Below are positions 1-13,369 of a stretch of 64,000 bases of DNA, in pieces (the stretch's first letter is position 1; each line of letters starts with the position of its first letter). Both the position numbers and the translations under genes were made by a program. The notes below the pieces were generated by a model. The model ran no database searches, was not told the DNA's origin, and saw nothing but the letters and a program-made list of their open reading frames with translations. This DNA comes from Takakia lepidozioides (Eukaryota > Plantae > Bryophyta). The DNA lies in assembly GCA_030704615.1 (NCBI GenBank), contig CM060732.1:65224001-65288000 (forward strand). Direction: 5' to 3'.

Positions 1-2867
1 TGCAATGGTACTTCTTAGCATTTCACGCAATTGATATATACACTCACTATTAGAAGTATGTGAGCAATCGATTTGGACAATCTGATTGTGGTTTGTTAAC
101 ATTGTTAATTTGGCACAAGGGATTTTTTCATGGTTATAATGAATAAACAACATCGACATTGAATTCAAATGCTAGTTCCAAATGGACATTGCTCAAGTTA
201 ATTAGAATAAAGAAGACCTAATGGATCATGTTAATAGTGGATTGATTAGAGGACCACAAACTATAAGCTAGTTGTCATCAAACAATATTACAGGAAGTAA
301 TCCTCAAAATTGTCTACAAAAATGTTGAAAGAATTGAACAGTCTCAATGAATATTTTATTTGTGTTGTAAGAATTTATAATGGTGGCTAATCTTTATCAT
401 TAGGTAGTCTACATTCGTTAATTTATTTCATGACACTCTAAAGTTGACGTCAATTTGTGATAACAGAGTCATACCGAAGAAGAAACTTTTGTCTTGTATT
501 GACAATTGGAGGAAAATAATACCATGATACATTTGCACCATGGACAACAAATTTTGAGAAGGGCTTTATCTCAATGGGACTTGCATAAAGTGAAGCCCCA
601 AAACACTTATAATACTACAATCAGTTCCTGATGGAAAAGGTTTGACTCACCTCACCATGATATATACTAATTTAAACAACGCATGTATGTTTGATTATCT
701 GCCATTGAGATTTATCATTATGTATCGTTATTTACATTATGACTTCATGCTTGCACAAAGCAATTTTGATATATTCAATATTGAGTTGTTGTAATCGTTT
801 GGAAGTTCTTGAAGTGGTAAGACTTATTGTAGATGTAATTTTTCAAATCCATAGATGAGTACAATGATTGTTAATTTTTTCAAAAAGCTCCATCCATATT
901 TTTGTTGTTGTCTCCACTGTTGGCCTCCTAAACAGACCCAAATGTTTAAGTAAGAATTATTTACATGTTGCCTAGATATATAAAGAGACAAGGTTGACCA
1001 AAGTACAATAACTAAGAGTCTCTTCTCCTTGTGGTACCACTATAGACCTTAGACATCAATGAGCGTTTGGATGTGACAATGTCAAAGTTGAATATTGTGA
1101 TAAATATATAATTGTCTCAACATGGACAATGGATGACTTAGTGGCCAGGGCACAAGATTGCTTTACAAGTGATCATGGGTTGAAAGCAATATAGTTATAT
1201 GTCAGTATCATCTATATTTGTAGTCACTCCAATAACATGAAAAAGGACCATTTGTTCAACTGGTCACTTAGTGTGTAAATACTTATGGGCTTTTTGCAAG
1301 TGTAGTTTGCGGGAAAATTAGACAACCTTGCCTCGGTTTGGGCCTTTAGAAGATGTTCATTTTCCAAATGGAAGGTATTTTGGATCAAAGAGACCCACAT
1401 TCTTTCACACTTGTTTCGGTAGCAAAAGTGTTTCTTTAAAAAATATAGTTTTTTATTTTCTTTAATGGCCAACAACCCATTAATTTTGAAGGGATAACAT
1501 GTTAGCATTGAGGACCTAGGCTAAATAATTACTTCAAATTTGCAAGGTAATGAAACAATAGTGCAATGTTTTGTGGATGCAATCATTTACAGTTTGTGAG
1601 GTCTGATTAGCATGGGTAGCCATATCTTATAGCCCCATCATTAACGATCTTTAACTAAGAGCCTGATTAAAAACAATTTTTGTATGTAACATATACTATA
1701 TGGAAAAAAATCGATATTCTATAATCATATCATTAAGTACCTGTCATTCTGTAAACTATTTGAAACTTGACATATTTATTTTTGTAATTAGACAAAAAAC
1801 GTCTAGGTCGTTGAATGTTTTGTTTGTCAGTTTATTCAAAGTAGCTCGACAATCTAACAATTTTTGTAATATGATATATCACTATCTTACTATGGAACCT
1901 TATCTATCATGATATGCTTTTTCGGGGAGACAATATTTCAGTATTATCTTTTAACATTCGTAAAATTATTTTTGTGTTACAATTATATCTCATTGTCATA
2001 TTTAATTACATATTTTGACGATAGTGCTTTCGAGACTTATCTGTGTCAATTACCACAAACTAATAAATAACTTGACTAAACCTTGTCAAATACAAATTCA
2101 AAACATTGTGGCCAAGTGACAACTATTGCCCTAAGAGTTAACTTAATATAGTTTTGGCCCGTAGATTATTGTAGAATTAGGCTCAAATTGAACAATTAGG
2201 ATTATCATGTTTTCTTTAGGTTAGCAAATGTTCAATGCAAGATAGAAAGCCCCTATCCAGTTTCAACGGTCATTAATTACAACTAAGGAATATGGGTGTG
2301 CACTCGTGATTTGTATGTATAGAGGAAATAGTATTTTGATGGTCATGGAAAGTTGGTTAAGTATTGTTAGCGTTATTCCTTTATAAACTAACCTCTGTCT
2401 TTTTTCTAGGATATGAAGATAAAACATCCATGACTTAGTTGACAGTCAAGTATAAGCTATTGCAAAAGGTGTTACGGCCTCACCACATAATTATGGAAGG
2501 ATTGGTTGTGCGGAGCAGAGAATCATCTCAACTGCACTAGAGTTGGAGATCGTTGGTCATGTTTTCATATTGAGCAGAGGCCGATTGGTTTAACCCACAG
2601 TGGAATCGTGTTTGTGGATGTGTCAACTCAAGGTCCTCCCAATTAGCTATTTCTTCTATGGCATTGATGAGAGCATGCAAATCCAACCTAGAATATACAT
2701 TTGACTATGGGGACCAATATATCAAAGTCAAGACTTGTTGACTTCTATACATGTAGTGCACAACAAAGTGCATTAGAACGAATACATTATGTTGGACCTT
2801 ATGATCTCCCAATACGAAGTATCTATAAAGTTTATCGGAAACTAGGTTACGAGAACTATCACCAAAT

Positions 2868-5735
2868 ATGCAAGGCGGTGGTCCCTCAAATTATACTTGC
2901 AAAACAGATTCCCCACAATATAGTTGCAAACGTCACTTTGATGTGTATTTCAACAAATATCCTAATTCAGGGGGGATGCAATCAGACTCATTAGGTGCCA
3001 AGCCATCATGTTCATGTTCCCCAAATAAAGCGTCACCAAGTGCAATAGGGAGAGAGACAGCTTGGATGCCGGAATGTAAAGATTTCCATCAACCTATAGG
3101 TGGAGATATGGTGGACAATAATGACCTCTACTTGCCTAGTTCCCACCCTGTTGGTTGTGCTTCTACAGACCATGATGACTTATATTTGCCCCCCTCAAAA
3201 CCATGTTCCTATATTCCCATTGGACAAGATGATTTGCACTTGATAAACACAAGATTGTGTTCCCCAGTTCATGTAGACCATGAAGATTTGTATCTACCCA
3301 TCTCAAGACCAGCATCCCCTAGTCCTTTCCAAGATTGTGTGGGTTTAGGCAGACTTTCTCCTTTGGCAGTATCAGAGCATGATGACTTGCATCTGCCTAC
3401 TCCAAGACCATCTTCTGCGGCTTATTCCAAAGATCATTTGGGGTTGATCAATAGTCTTTCTCCTATTGCAGTGTCAGAGCGTGATGACTTGCACTTGCCC
3501 ACTTCAAGACCACTTTCACCATTTTCTTTAGAGCCAGTTGACATGTACCTACCCAGCTCCCCTTCATTTTCTTGTTCTAGTTCTCTTAGTCCTTCCTCAC
3601 CAAGTTCTATCTACATCGATGAGATCCCAATTCCTCATCAATACCGTGACCGATATATTTCATGCGAAGAGTGTCTATGTCATAAGGCTGAAAGCACCCG
3701 AAACCTTTGTCCACAACTATCTTCACATTCCCCTGATAGGACAAGTCCTTGTCGAGACTGTGTATGTCATCTGGGGCACCGACGAGGATCGCCAGGGGTT
3801 CAAATCTCTCCAAAAGGGAGATCATTGCGATCTCCTTGTAAGCCACAACTGTGTAATATTGATTGTGATATATGTCACTATCGAAAGGAAACTTGTGTTT
3901 GTCAACAAAGTAAGATGGGGGGAACACGGAGCCCTTCAAAGCCTCGTTTCAAACTCCAACTAACACAAAGTCCACAGTGCCAAGATTATGCATGTCAACC
4001 GGATGTTCGACAACCTTTTCCAGATGGGTCACCAAAGTCTTTTTGTAAGACCTCAGCTAAAAGGGACCCTTGTTATATTGTGGAGACCCCATTGTCTACC
4101 TCATCATCACATTCCCCTCCTAAATCTCCTATTGAGGCCCATTGTTTTCCAATTTCAGGAAGCAAAAATTGCAATACTACAACAAACATAAGTCCACGAT
4201 GCCTTGCCTGCAATTGTCACAAGGGGGCTTCAGGTTTGGGTAATCTTGCAAAGTTGGCTAGCCCACAATGTCCTCACTCAGGGCATATAAGCCCCATCAA
4301 GGAAAGCCCGCGAAGCCCTCCAAGTCAATGTCCACAAACTACTTCTCTTATATGCAACGATATACAACTGCAAAGCCCTCCAAATTCCGGCAATGCATTT
4401 TCGGGTGGTACATCAACTCGATTACCATATTGTGCAGAATTGTTAGGTGGATGCGAGGACAACTGTAAGTACCACACCTTATCCAACGCGCCCACCTCCC
4501 CTAGTCGGCCACTTGGGTCTCCAAGAATTATTCAACAAGAGGGCTCTAGCCCAAGATGTGGAGATTGTCAGTGTCATAAGGCTCAACTATGCAACAAGCC
4601 CGTTCCGGCCACCTTGTTTCATACCCATATTAAGTCTGCAGATCAATGTCCTAGTCCACGGTGTGTAGACTGTGAGTGTCATAAGCCCAAAAATACTCCA
4701 TCCAAGGCTCCCTTCTCATCTCCAAGTAAAATCCAACCCATTGAATGTTCTAGTCCGCGGTGTGTATATCCCAGCCCACGATGTGTAGATTGTGAGTGTC
4801 ATTATAAGCCTCAAATTCTAATCAAACCTATTGAATTTCCCATCCATATAACCAAAAGTGGAAGTTGTATCGATCCTAGTCCACGTTCTTGCACAAATCC
4901 GAGCCCGCATTGTGTAGATTGTGTGTGTCATAAATCCCAATCTAATCTTTCATACCCATTTAATCATACAAAAGTGCTTAGCCCGCGGTGTCAAGAATGT
5001 GTTTGTCATAAAAGAGCAAGTGATCAAGAGTCAAACTTTCTTCTAAGGGGAGCCGAAGCGAAGTTGTGTTCATCGCCCTCTAGTGCATATACATCAAGAT
5101 CACCATCACCACGGGGGATAAGTCATGTTTGTCGCTGTGGGATGAGCAATTGCGCAGATCCACTTCGTCAAGCATCCACATGTTCATTTTGTTGTCATGT
5201 CCACCATTGTTGTTGTGGACTGTGTTGTTGTCCCAATCCTTCTTGTTCCAGTAAGTCATATTCTCTTCCAAAATCCCAATCTGGTTCTTCTTCGTCATGC
5301 TCACCATCACCAAGGTCTCATAAGAATGCTGTACCCTTCAATAATAAATGTTCTAGGTCAAAATGTCCATCTCCAATATCAGTGTCATCAACTCCTAAAG
5401 GCTCTATACCTATTAATAATATTGCTTTAAGATCAAAATCACCAATATCTCCAAGGCCAAAATGTCAATCTCATAGTCCTAGAACCCAAATGAGAGAGTT
5501 TCAACACTACTTGAAGTCACAAACTCGTTGTCATATACAAGATGAATGTCCTGGGGGAAGATCTAGATTGTCGCAATCTCCAATTAAATTGAGACAACAA
5601 TCAAGACCGGTTCATGATGTAAGACCGTTGCTTCTAAAACCATCAAATTCAAAATCTCCGGCAAGGTCAAGATCTATAAGACGCAAATGTCCATCTTTGC
5701 TTAGATCACCGTCGCCGAAACACAGAGGCCGTTAA
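2868..5735 (+). CDS. Intronless 955-aa Cys/Ser/Pro-rich repetitive protein of unknown function
   Basis: Uninterrupted 2.9-kb ORF in AT-rich flanks. About 7 D(D/E)L(Y/H)LP repeats, about 8 (SPR)CxxCxCH repeats, a CCHVHHCCCGLCCC cluster and an Arg/Ser-rich basic C-terminus. True start and possible upstream exons not resolved. Confidence 0.7.
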   Translation: MQGGGPSNYTCKTDSPQYSCKRHFDVYFNKYPNSGGMQSDSLGAKPSCSCSPNKASPSAIGRETAWMPECKDFHQPIGGDMVDNNDLYLPSSHPVGCASTDHDDLYLPPSKPCSYIPIGQDDLHLINTRLCSPVHVDHEDLYLPISRPASPSPFQDCVGLGRLSPLAVSEHDDLHLPTPRPSSAAYSKDHLGLINSLSPIAVSERDDLHLPTSRPLSPFSLEPVDMYLPSSPSFSCSSSLSPSSPSSIYIDEIPIPHQYRDRYISCEECLCHKAESTRNLCPQLSSHSPDRTSPCRDCVCHLGHRRGSPGVQISPKGRSLRSPCKPQLCNIDCDICHYRKETCVCQQSKMGGTRSPSKPRFKLQLTQSPQCQDYACQPDVRQPFPDGSPKSFCKTSAKRDPCYIVETPLSTSSSHSPPKSPIEAHCFPISGSKNCNTTTNISPRCLACNCHKGASGLGNLAKLASPQCPHSGHISPIKESPRSPPSQCPQTTSLICNDIQLQSPPNSGNAFSGGTSTRLPYCAELLGGCEDNCKYHTLSNAPTSPSRPLGSPRIIQQEGSSPRCGDCQCHKAQLCNKPVPATLFHTHIKSADQCPSPRCVDCECHKPKNTPSKAPFSSPSKIQPIECSSPRCVYPSPRCVDCECHYKPQILIKPIEFPIHITKSGSCIDPSPRSCTNPSPHCVDCVCHKSQSNLSYPFNHTKVLSPRCQECVCHKRASDQESNFLLRGAEAKLCSSPSSAYTSRSPSPRGISHVCRCGMSNCADPLRQASTCSFCCHVHHCCCGLCCCPNPSCSSKSYSLPKSQSGSSSSCSPSPRSHKNAVPFNNKCSRSKCPSPISVSSTPKGSIPINNIALRSKSPISPRPKCQSHSPRTQMREFQHYLKSQTRCHIQDECPGGRSRLSQSPIKLRQQSRPVHDVRPLLLKPSNSKSPARSRSIRRKCPSLLRSPSPKHRGR

Positions 5736-6879
5736 GATCTCTTGGTGTCATCTCTGGTTTCTGCTGCAAAACGTGTGCCGCATGTACCTGCCTATTGAAG
5801 AATTTTGCTACAACACATTGAGGTAGCTCATGACATTCAGCATCACCAAGACATCTTTCATGCGAGGGTCAACCTCTAGTCAGAATTACATCTATATTTT
5901 CCGTTTGCAACAGGTGAACGCTTATATAAAGACTTTCAAGTGGAGGGTTTTCAGATCACCCAAATTGCATTGAAATACATTGTTAAACCAGACTATATAA
6001 TATATATGCTGCCTCCTTCTATTAAATTTGGAGAAGACTCATCTAAGTTATACCTCAAGTGATAAATGCAACTTGATGTATCAACCACAAGAAACATTCC
6101 CGATCATGATTAGAAATGTAACCACAAACTTTTGATATTGAAGTTGCCTTGGTGATCTCATGAACTTTTACCTAATGATCTTTTGTGCACGTCATGGTGT
6201 TATGACACTCACTCCATTTGGAACTTGATCATTGGCTGATGGGCGGTGCACAATGACATTTGAGTTGTTCAAGTACAGATCACACTTTATGGTTTGTAGT
6301 TAGCTACGAAGATGCAAGCTAAGTTGAAGCAATGGTTGCTAAGTAACCTATCACATGATTATTTATACTTAGAAAACAATCAATATTGATAAGTTTATGA
6401 TCATAAACATATTCTTGCATTTCAAGTCTTGTAGTGTGGACAAATACTTTGAGCTACGTACACTGTGTCTTATGTCGTGCGCATACATATCGCTACACAA
6501 CTACATCGCTGTCCAAAACCACACAACACATGTGCACGCCACACACTAGTATATCACTAGTCCAGCACTAGTCCAACCACTAGTCCAACCACTAGGCTAT
6601 AACTAGTCAGTCACTAGGCTGCCACTATGCTGCCCACTATGGCAGCACTAGTCCACACAATCGCCCCCCTAGCTGGTGCTTAGGTCCCTCTAAGTCCAGG
6701 TAGCCACAAGATGTGATAGTGATCATAGCCTCACTAAGTCCTCCACCACTATCCCTACTACACTCAACTCGATAGATCAAGAGGCCGGGTGCAAGAGTTG
6801 CCCCATCATTAGTCGCCGTCTTGCAACCTGTGAACTTGAGCTTGGGATCTCATGTATTGACTCCTATGAGCTTGGCCTA

Positions 6880-7003
6880 ATCCACTTGAAGAATGTCAAT
6901 ACCAGCAGAAGCAGAAACGGTCTTTCAATGAAATAAAAGAGCGAGGGGAGGTGCCTCACAAAATCAGGAGGCAACTTACAATGCGACCACTCACTCGTAA
7001 ACC
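6880..7003 (-). other. Remnant of the 3' intron region of the ParB-MTase gene
   Basis: Clear nucleotide similarity to ~38776-38899 (aatccactt-aagaatgtcaataccagca...ccactcactcgtaaacc). Confidence 0.8.
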
Positions 7004-7004
7004 A

Positions 7005-9042
7005 ATTTCGCCACCATTTTCCTAGGTTGGGCCCGAAAATGGCTAAGTCCCAGAACTCACTGGGCGCGGAACTAGAAAAATGGCGCCGAATTTCCGGTTA
7101 CAGTTCCAGCCACCCTAGGGACTTAGCCTTTTCGGGGCCCTGAACTGGAAAAATGGCGTCATTTTTCCATTTTAGGGCTGAAAATGGCTAAGTCCCAGAT
7201 CTGACTGGGCCTGGAACAAGAAAAATGGCGCCGAATTTCCGATTTTGCTACCAGCCACCCTAGGGACTTAGCCATTTTCGGCATTTCTCCAGTTCGGGGC
7301 CAAAAATGGCTAAGTCCCAGATCTGACAGGGCGCGGAACTGGAAAAATGGCGCCATTTTTCCATTTCGGGGCCGAAAATGGCTAAGTCCCAGATCTAACT
7401 GGGCCCGGAACTGGAAAAATGGCGCCAAATTTCCGATTTGTGTGCCAGTCAGATCTGGGACTTAGCCATTTTCGGCCCGAACTGGAAAATGCGCCCATTT
7501 CCAGTTCGGGGCCGAAAATGGCTAAGTCCCAGATCTGACAGGGCGCGGAACTGGAAAAATGGCGCCGAATTTCCGGTTGTGGTTCCAACCACCCTGGGGA
7601 CTTAGCCATTTTCGGGGCCTTGAACTGGAAAAATGGCGCCATTTTTCCATTTCGGGGCCGAAAATGGCTAAGTCCTAGATCTGACTGGCCCGGAACTGGA
7701 AAATGGCGCCGAATTTCCGATTTGGTGCCAGTCAGATCTGGGACTTTGCCATTTACGGGCCCGAACTGGCAAAATGACGTTTTATTTTTATTTTTATTTT
7801 TTTTTCTGCGCCATTTTTCTAGTTCGGGGCCGAAAATGGCTAAGTCCCAGATCTGACTCGGCCCGGAACTGAAAAAATGGCGCCGAATTTCCGATTTTGC
7901 TGCCAGCCACCCTAAGGACTTAGCCATTTTCGGCCCCGACCTGGAAAAATGGCGCCATTTTTCCAGTTCGGGGCCGAAAATGGCTAAGTCCCAGATCTGA
8001 TAGGGCGCGGAACTGGAAAAATGGCGCCGAATTTCCGGTTACGGTTCCAGCCACCCTAGGGACTTAGCCATTTTCGGGGCCTTGAACTGGAAAAATGGCG
8101 CCATTTTTCCATTTCGGGGCCGAAAATGACTAAGTCCCAGATCTGACAGGGCTCGGGACTGGAAAAATGGCGCCGAATTTCCGATTTTGGTGCCAGTTAG
8201 ATCTGGGACTTAGCCATTTGGCGAAGTCCCAGATCTGACTGGGCCCGGAACTGGAAAAATGGCGTCGAAATTTCCGATTTTGCTGCCAGCCACTCTAGGA
8301 ACTTAGCCATTTTCGGGGCCGAAAATGCTAAGTCCCAGATCTGATAGGGCGCGGAACTGGAAAAATGGTGACGAATTTCCAGTTGCGGTTCCAGCCATCG
8401 TAAGGACATAGCCATTTTCGGGGCCCTGAACTGGAAAAATGGCGCCATTTTTCCATTTTGGGGCCGAAAATGGCTAAGTCCCAGATCTGACTGGGCCCAG
8501 AACTGGAAAAATGGAGCCGAATTTCCGATTTTGGTGGCAGTCACATCTAGGACTTAGCCATTTTCGGCCTCGAACTAGAAAAATGGCGTTTTATTTTATT
8601 TTTTGGGCGCCATTTTTTTAGTTCGGGGCCGAAAATAGCTAATTCCCAGATCTGACTGGGCCCGGAACTGAAAAAATGGCACCGAATTTCCGATTTTGCT
8701 GCAAGCCACCCTAAGGACTTAGCCATTTTCGGGCCCAAACTGGAAAAATGACGCCATTTTTCCAGTTCGGGCCCGAAAATGGCTAAGTCCCAGATCTGAC
8801 AGGGCGCGGAACTGGAAAAATGGCGCCGAATTTCCGGTTGCAGTTCCAGCCACCCTGGGGACTTAGCCATTTTCAGGGCCTTGAACTGGAAAAATGGCGC
8901 CATTTTCCCATTTTGGGGCCGAAAATGGCTAAGTCCCAGATCTGACTGGGCCCGGAACTGGAAAAATGGCGCCGAATTTCCGATTTTGGTGCCAGTCAGA
9001 TCTGGGACTTAGCCATTTTCGGCCCCGAACTGACAAAATGGC

Positions 9043-9076
<34 letters not shown>

Positions 9077-12000
9077 GTCGCCATTTTTCTTGTTCGGGGC
9101 CGAAAATGGCTAAGTCCCAGATCTGACTCGGCCCGGAACTGAAAAAATGGCGCCGAAATTTCCTGCCAGCCACCCTAAGGACTTAGCCATTTTCGGCCCC
9201 AAACTCGAAAAATGGCGCCATTTTTCCACTTCGGGCCTGAAAATGGGTAAGTCCCAGATCTGACAAGGCGCGAAACTGGAAAAATGGCGCCAAATTTCCG
9301 GTTGCGGTTCCAGCCACCCTAGGGACTTAGCCATTTTCGGGGCCTTGAACTGGAAAAATGGCGCCATTTTTCCATTTCGGGGTCGAAAATGGCTAAGTCC
9401 CAGATCTGAATGGGCCTGGAACTAGAAAAATGGCGCCGAATTTCCGATTTTGGTGCCAGTCAGATCTGGGACTTAGTCGTTTTCGGTCCCGAACTGGAAA
9501 AATGGCTAAGTCCCAGATCTGACAGGGCGCGGAACTGGAAAAATGGCGCCGAATTTCCGGTTGTGGTTCCAGCCACCCTGGGGACTTAGCCATTTTCGGG
9601 GCCTTGAACTGGAAAAATGGCGCCACTTTTCCATTTCGGGGCCGAAAATGGCTAAGTCCCAGATCTGACTAGGCCCGGAACTAGAAAAATGGCGCCGAAT
9701 TTCTGATTTTGGTGCCAGTCAGATCTGGGTCTTTGCCATTTTCGGGCCCGAATTAACAAAATGGCGTTTTTTTTTTGTTTTTTTTTTCGCTTTGCCATTT
9801 TTCCAGTTCGGGGCCGAAATCGGCTCAGTCCCAGATCTGACTCGGCCCGGAACTGAAAAAATGCTGCCGAATTTCCGATTTTGCTGCCAGCCACCCTAAG
9901 AACTTAGCCATTTTCGGCCCCGACCTGGAAAAATGGCGCCATTTTTCCAGTTCGGGGCCGAAAATGGCTAAATCCCAGATCTGATAGGGCGCGGAACTGG
10001 AAAAATGGCGCAATTTTTTCATTTCGGGGACGAAAATGGCTAAGTCCCAGATCTGACTGGGCTCGGAACTGGAAAAATGGCGCCGAATTTCCGATTTTGG
10101 TGCCAGTCAGATCTGGGACTTAGCCATTTTCGGCCCCGAATTTGAAAAATGGCGTTTTTGTTTTTGTTTTTGCTTTTTTTTTTTTTTTTTTTTACGTTGT
10201 TATTTTTCCAGTTCGGGGCCGAAAATGGCGAAGTCCGAGATCTGACTGGGCCCCGAACTGGAAAAATGGCGACGAAATTTCCGATTTTGCTGCCAGCCAC
10301 TCTAGGAACTTAGCCATTTTTGGGGCCGAAAATGGCTAAGTCCCAGATCTGATAGGGCGCGGAACTGGAAAAATGGTGCGGAATTTCTAGTTGTGGTTCC
10401 AGCCATCGTAAGGACTTAGCCATTTTCGGGTCCCTGAACTGGAAAAATGGCGCCATTTTTCCATTTTGGGGCTGAAAATGGCTAAGTCCCAGATCTGACT
10501 GGGCCTGGAACAAGAAAAATGGCGCCGAATTTCCGATTTTGCTACCAGCCATCCTAGGGACTTAGCCATTTTCGGCCTCGAACTAGAAAAATGGCGTTTT
10601 TTGTTTTTTTTTGGGCGCCATATTTTTAGTTCTGGGCCGAAAATAGCTAATTCCCAAATCTGACTAGGCCCGGAACTGAAAAAATGGCGCCGAATTTCCG
10701 ATTTTGCTGCCAGCCACCCTAAGGACTTAGCCATTTTCGGCCCCGAACTGGAAAAATGGCGCCATTTTTCCAGTTCGGGCCCGAAAATGGCTAAGTCCCG
10801 GATCTGACAGGGCGCGGAAGTGGAAAAATGGCGCCGAATTTCCGGTTGCAGTTCCAGCCACCCTGGGGACTTAGCCATTTTCGGGGCCTTGAACTGGAAA
10901 AATGGCGCCATTTTCCCATTTTGCGGCCGAAAATGGCTAAGTCCCAGATCTGACTGGGCCCGGAACTGGAAAAATTGCGCCGAATTTCCGATTTTGGTGC
11001 CAGTCAATTCTGGGACTTAGCCATTTTCGGCCCCGAACTCACAAAATGGTTTTTTTTTTTTTTTTTTTTTTTTTGGCGCCATTTTTCCAGTTCGGGGCCG
11101 AAAATGGCTAAGTCCCAGATCTGAATGGCCCTGGAACTGGAAAAATGGCGCCAAATTTCCGATTTTGGTGCCAGTCAGATCTGGGACTTAGCCATTTTCG
11201 GCCCCGAACTGGAAAAATGGCGCTATTTTTCCAGATCTGACAGGGCGCGGAACTGGAAAAAATGGCGCCGAATTTCCGGTTGTGGTTCCAGCCACCCTGG
11301 GGACTTAGCCATTTTCGGGGCCTTGAACTGGAAAAATGACGCCATTTTTCCATTTCGGGGCCGAAAATGGCTAAGTCCTAGATCTGACTGGGCCCGGAAC
11401 TGGAAAAATGGCGCCGAATTTCCGATTTTGGTGCCAGTCAGATCTGGGACTTAGCCATTGTCGGCCCCGAACTGGAAAAATGGCGCCATTTTTCCAGTTC
11501 GGGGCCGCAAATGGCTAAGTCCTAGATCTGACAGGGCGCGGAACTGGAAAAATGGCGCCGAATTTCCGGTTGTGGTTCCAGCCACCCTGGGGACTTAGCC
11601 ATTTTCGGGGCCTTGAACTGGAAAAATGGCGCCATTTTTCCATTTCGGGGCCGAAAATGGCTAAGTCCCAGATCTGACTGGGCCCGGAACTGGAAAAATG
11701 GCGCCGAATTTCCGATTTTGGTGCCAGTCAGATCTGGGACTTAGCCATTTTCGGCCCCGAATTGGAAAAAATGGCGTTTTTTTTTGTTTTTTTTTTTGCC
11801 TTTGCCATCTTTCCAGTTCGGGGCCGAAAATGGCTAAGTCCCAGATCTGACTAGGCCTGGAACTGGAAAAATGGCGCCGAATTTCCAATTTTGGTGCCAG
11901 CCTCCCTAGGGACTTAGTCATTTTCGGGGCCGAAAATGGCTAAGTCCCAGATCTGATAGGGCGTGGAACTGGAAAAATGGTGCCGAATTTCTAGTTGCGG

Positions 12001-12385
12001 TTCCAGCCATCGTAGGGACTTAGCCATTTTCGGGGCCCTGAACTGGAAAAATGGCGCCATTTTTCCATTTTGGGGCCGAAAATGGCTAAGTCCCAGATCT
12101 GACTGGGCCCAAAACTGGAAAAATGGCGCCAAATTTCCGATTTTGGGTGCCAGTCAGATCTGGGACTTCGCCGTTTTGGGCCCCGAACAGGAAAAATGGC
12201 GTTTTTTGTTTTTTGTTTTTTTTTGTTTTTTTTGTTTTTTTGGCGCCATTTTTCCAGGTCGGGGCCAAAAATGGCTAAGTCGCGGATCTGACTGGGCCCA
12301 GAACTGGAAAAATGGCGCCGAATTTCCGATTTTGGTGGCAGTCAGATCTGGGACTTAGCCATTTTCGGCCCCGAACTGGAAAAAT

Positions 12386-12431
<46 letters not shown>

Positions 12432-12520
12432 TTTCGGCGCCATTTGTCCCGTTCGGGCCGAAAATGGCTAAGTCCCAGATCTGACTGCCACCAAAATCGG
12501 AAATTCGGCGCCATTTTCCC
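7005..12520. repeat. Satellite A: 5.5-kb GC-rich array built from nested inverted repeats (GGCGCC-centred)
   Basis: Dozens of copies of ctggaaaaatggcgcc(g/a), aaaatggctaagtcccagatctga and their reverse complements. Perfect 26-bp palindrome at 7941-7966. Interspersed poly-T tracts. Shared variants recur at ~2008-bp spacing (e.g. 8636/10644). Confidence 0.95.
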
Positions 12521-12523
12521 AGT

Positions 12524-13250
12524 CATGCAGGTAATTCGAAGAGCGGATGGATGGAAATCCGGCGCCAGATTTCCATCCGCCAGGTAAATCGGCGCGCAAA
12601 ATTTCCTTCATGCAGGTAATTCGAAGAGCGGATGGATGGAAATCCGGCGCCGGATTTCCATCCTCCAGGTAAGTCGACGCTGCAAATTTCTGTCATGCAG
12701 GTTACTTGTGAGCGGATGGATGGAAATCCAGCGCATGATTTCCATCCGCCAGGTACAAAATTTCCGTCAGGCAGGTAATTCGGAGCGCGGATGGATGGAA
12801 TTCCGGCGACGGATTTCCATCCTCCAGGTAAGTCGGCGCGCAAAATTTCCGTCATGCAGGTAATTCGAAGAGCGGATGGATGGAAATCCGGCGCCGGATT
12901 TCCATCCGCCAGGTAGGTCGGCGCGCAAAATTTCCATCATGCAGGTAATTCGGAGCACGGATGGATGGAAATCCGGCGCCGGATTTCCATCCTGCAGGTA
13001 ATTCGAATCCCGGATGGATGGACATCCGGCGCCGAATTTCCATCCTGCAGGTAACTCGAATCATGGATGGATGGAAATCCGGCGCCGAATTTCCATCCTG
13101 CAGGTAACTCGAATCATGGATGGATGGAAATCCGGCGCCGAATTTCCATCCAGCAGGTAAGTCGGATCGCTGGCGTATGGATATTCGGCGCCGAATTTCC
13201 ATTCGCCAGGTATTTCGAAGCGCTGAATTACCTTCCTGCAGGTAATTCTG
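12524..13250. repeat. Repeat B (85-bp and ~52-bp units with 30-bp palindrome ggatggaaatccggcgccggatttccatcc)
   Basis: Tandem units; perfect palindrome at 12634-12663; homologous to 44880-45770. Confidence 0.9.
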
Positions 13251-13369
13251 AGCGTGTCCGATTGGGTTTTCGGAGAAAAACAAACCTAACTGTTTGTTTT
13301 GTGGCTGAAGTGCACTTGTAGACACGTTTTTCTTGGAATCCTTGACTGCTAGAGGCAAATCGGAACAGC

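Noticed and set aside
1-2400. Gene or decayed transposase in the AT-rich start (ORFs 1224-1508 and 1700-1912)
   Set aside because: Short ORFs with no recognisable motifs.
2868-5735. Multiheme cytochrome c
   Set aside because: The repeats are CxxCxCH rather than CxxCH (only one CDICH), and the protein is low-complexity with no signal peptide.
6540-6680. Short cactagtc-type tandem repeats as a CACTA terminus
   Set aside because: No partner TIR or TSD identifiable.
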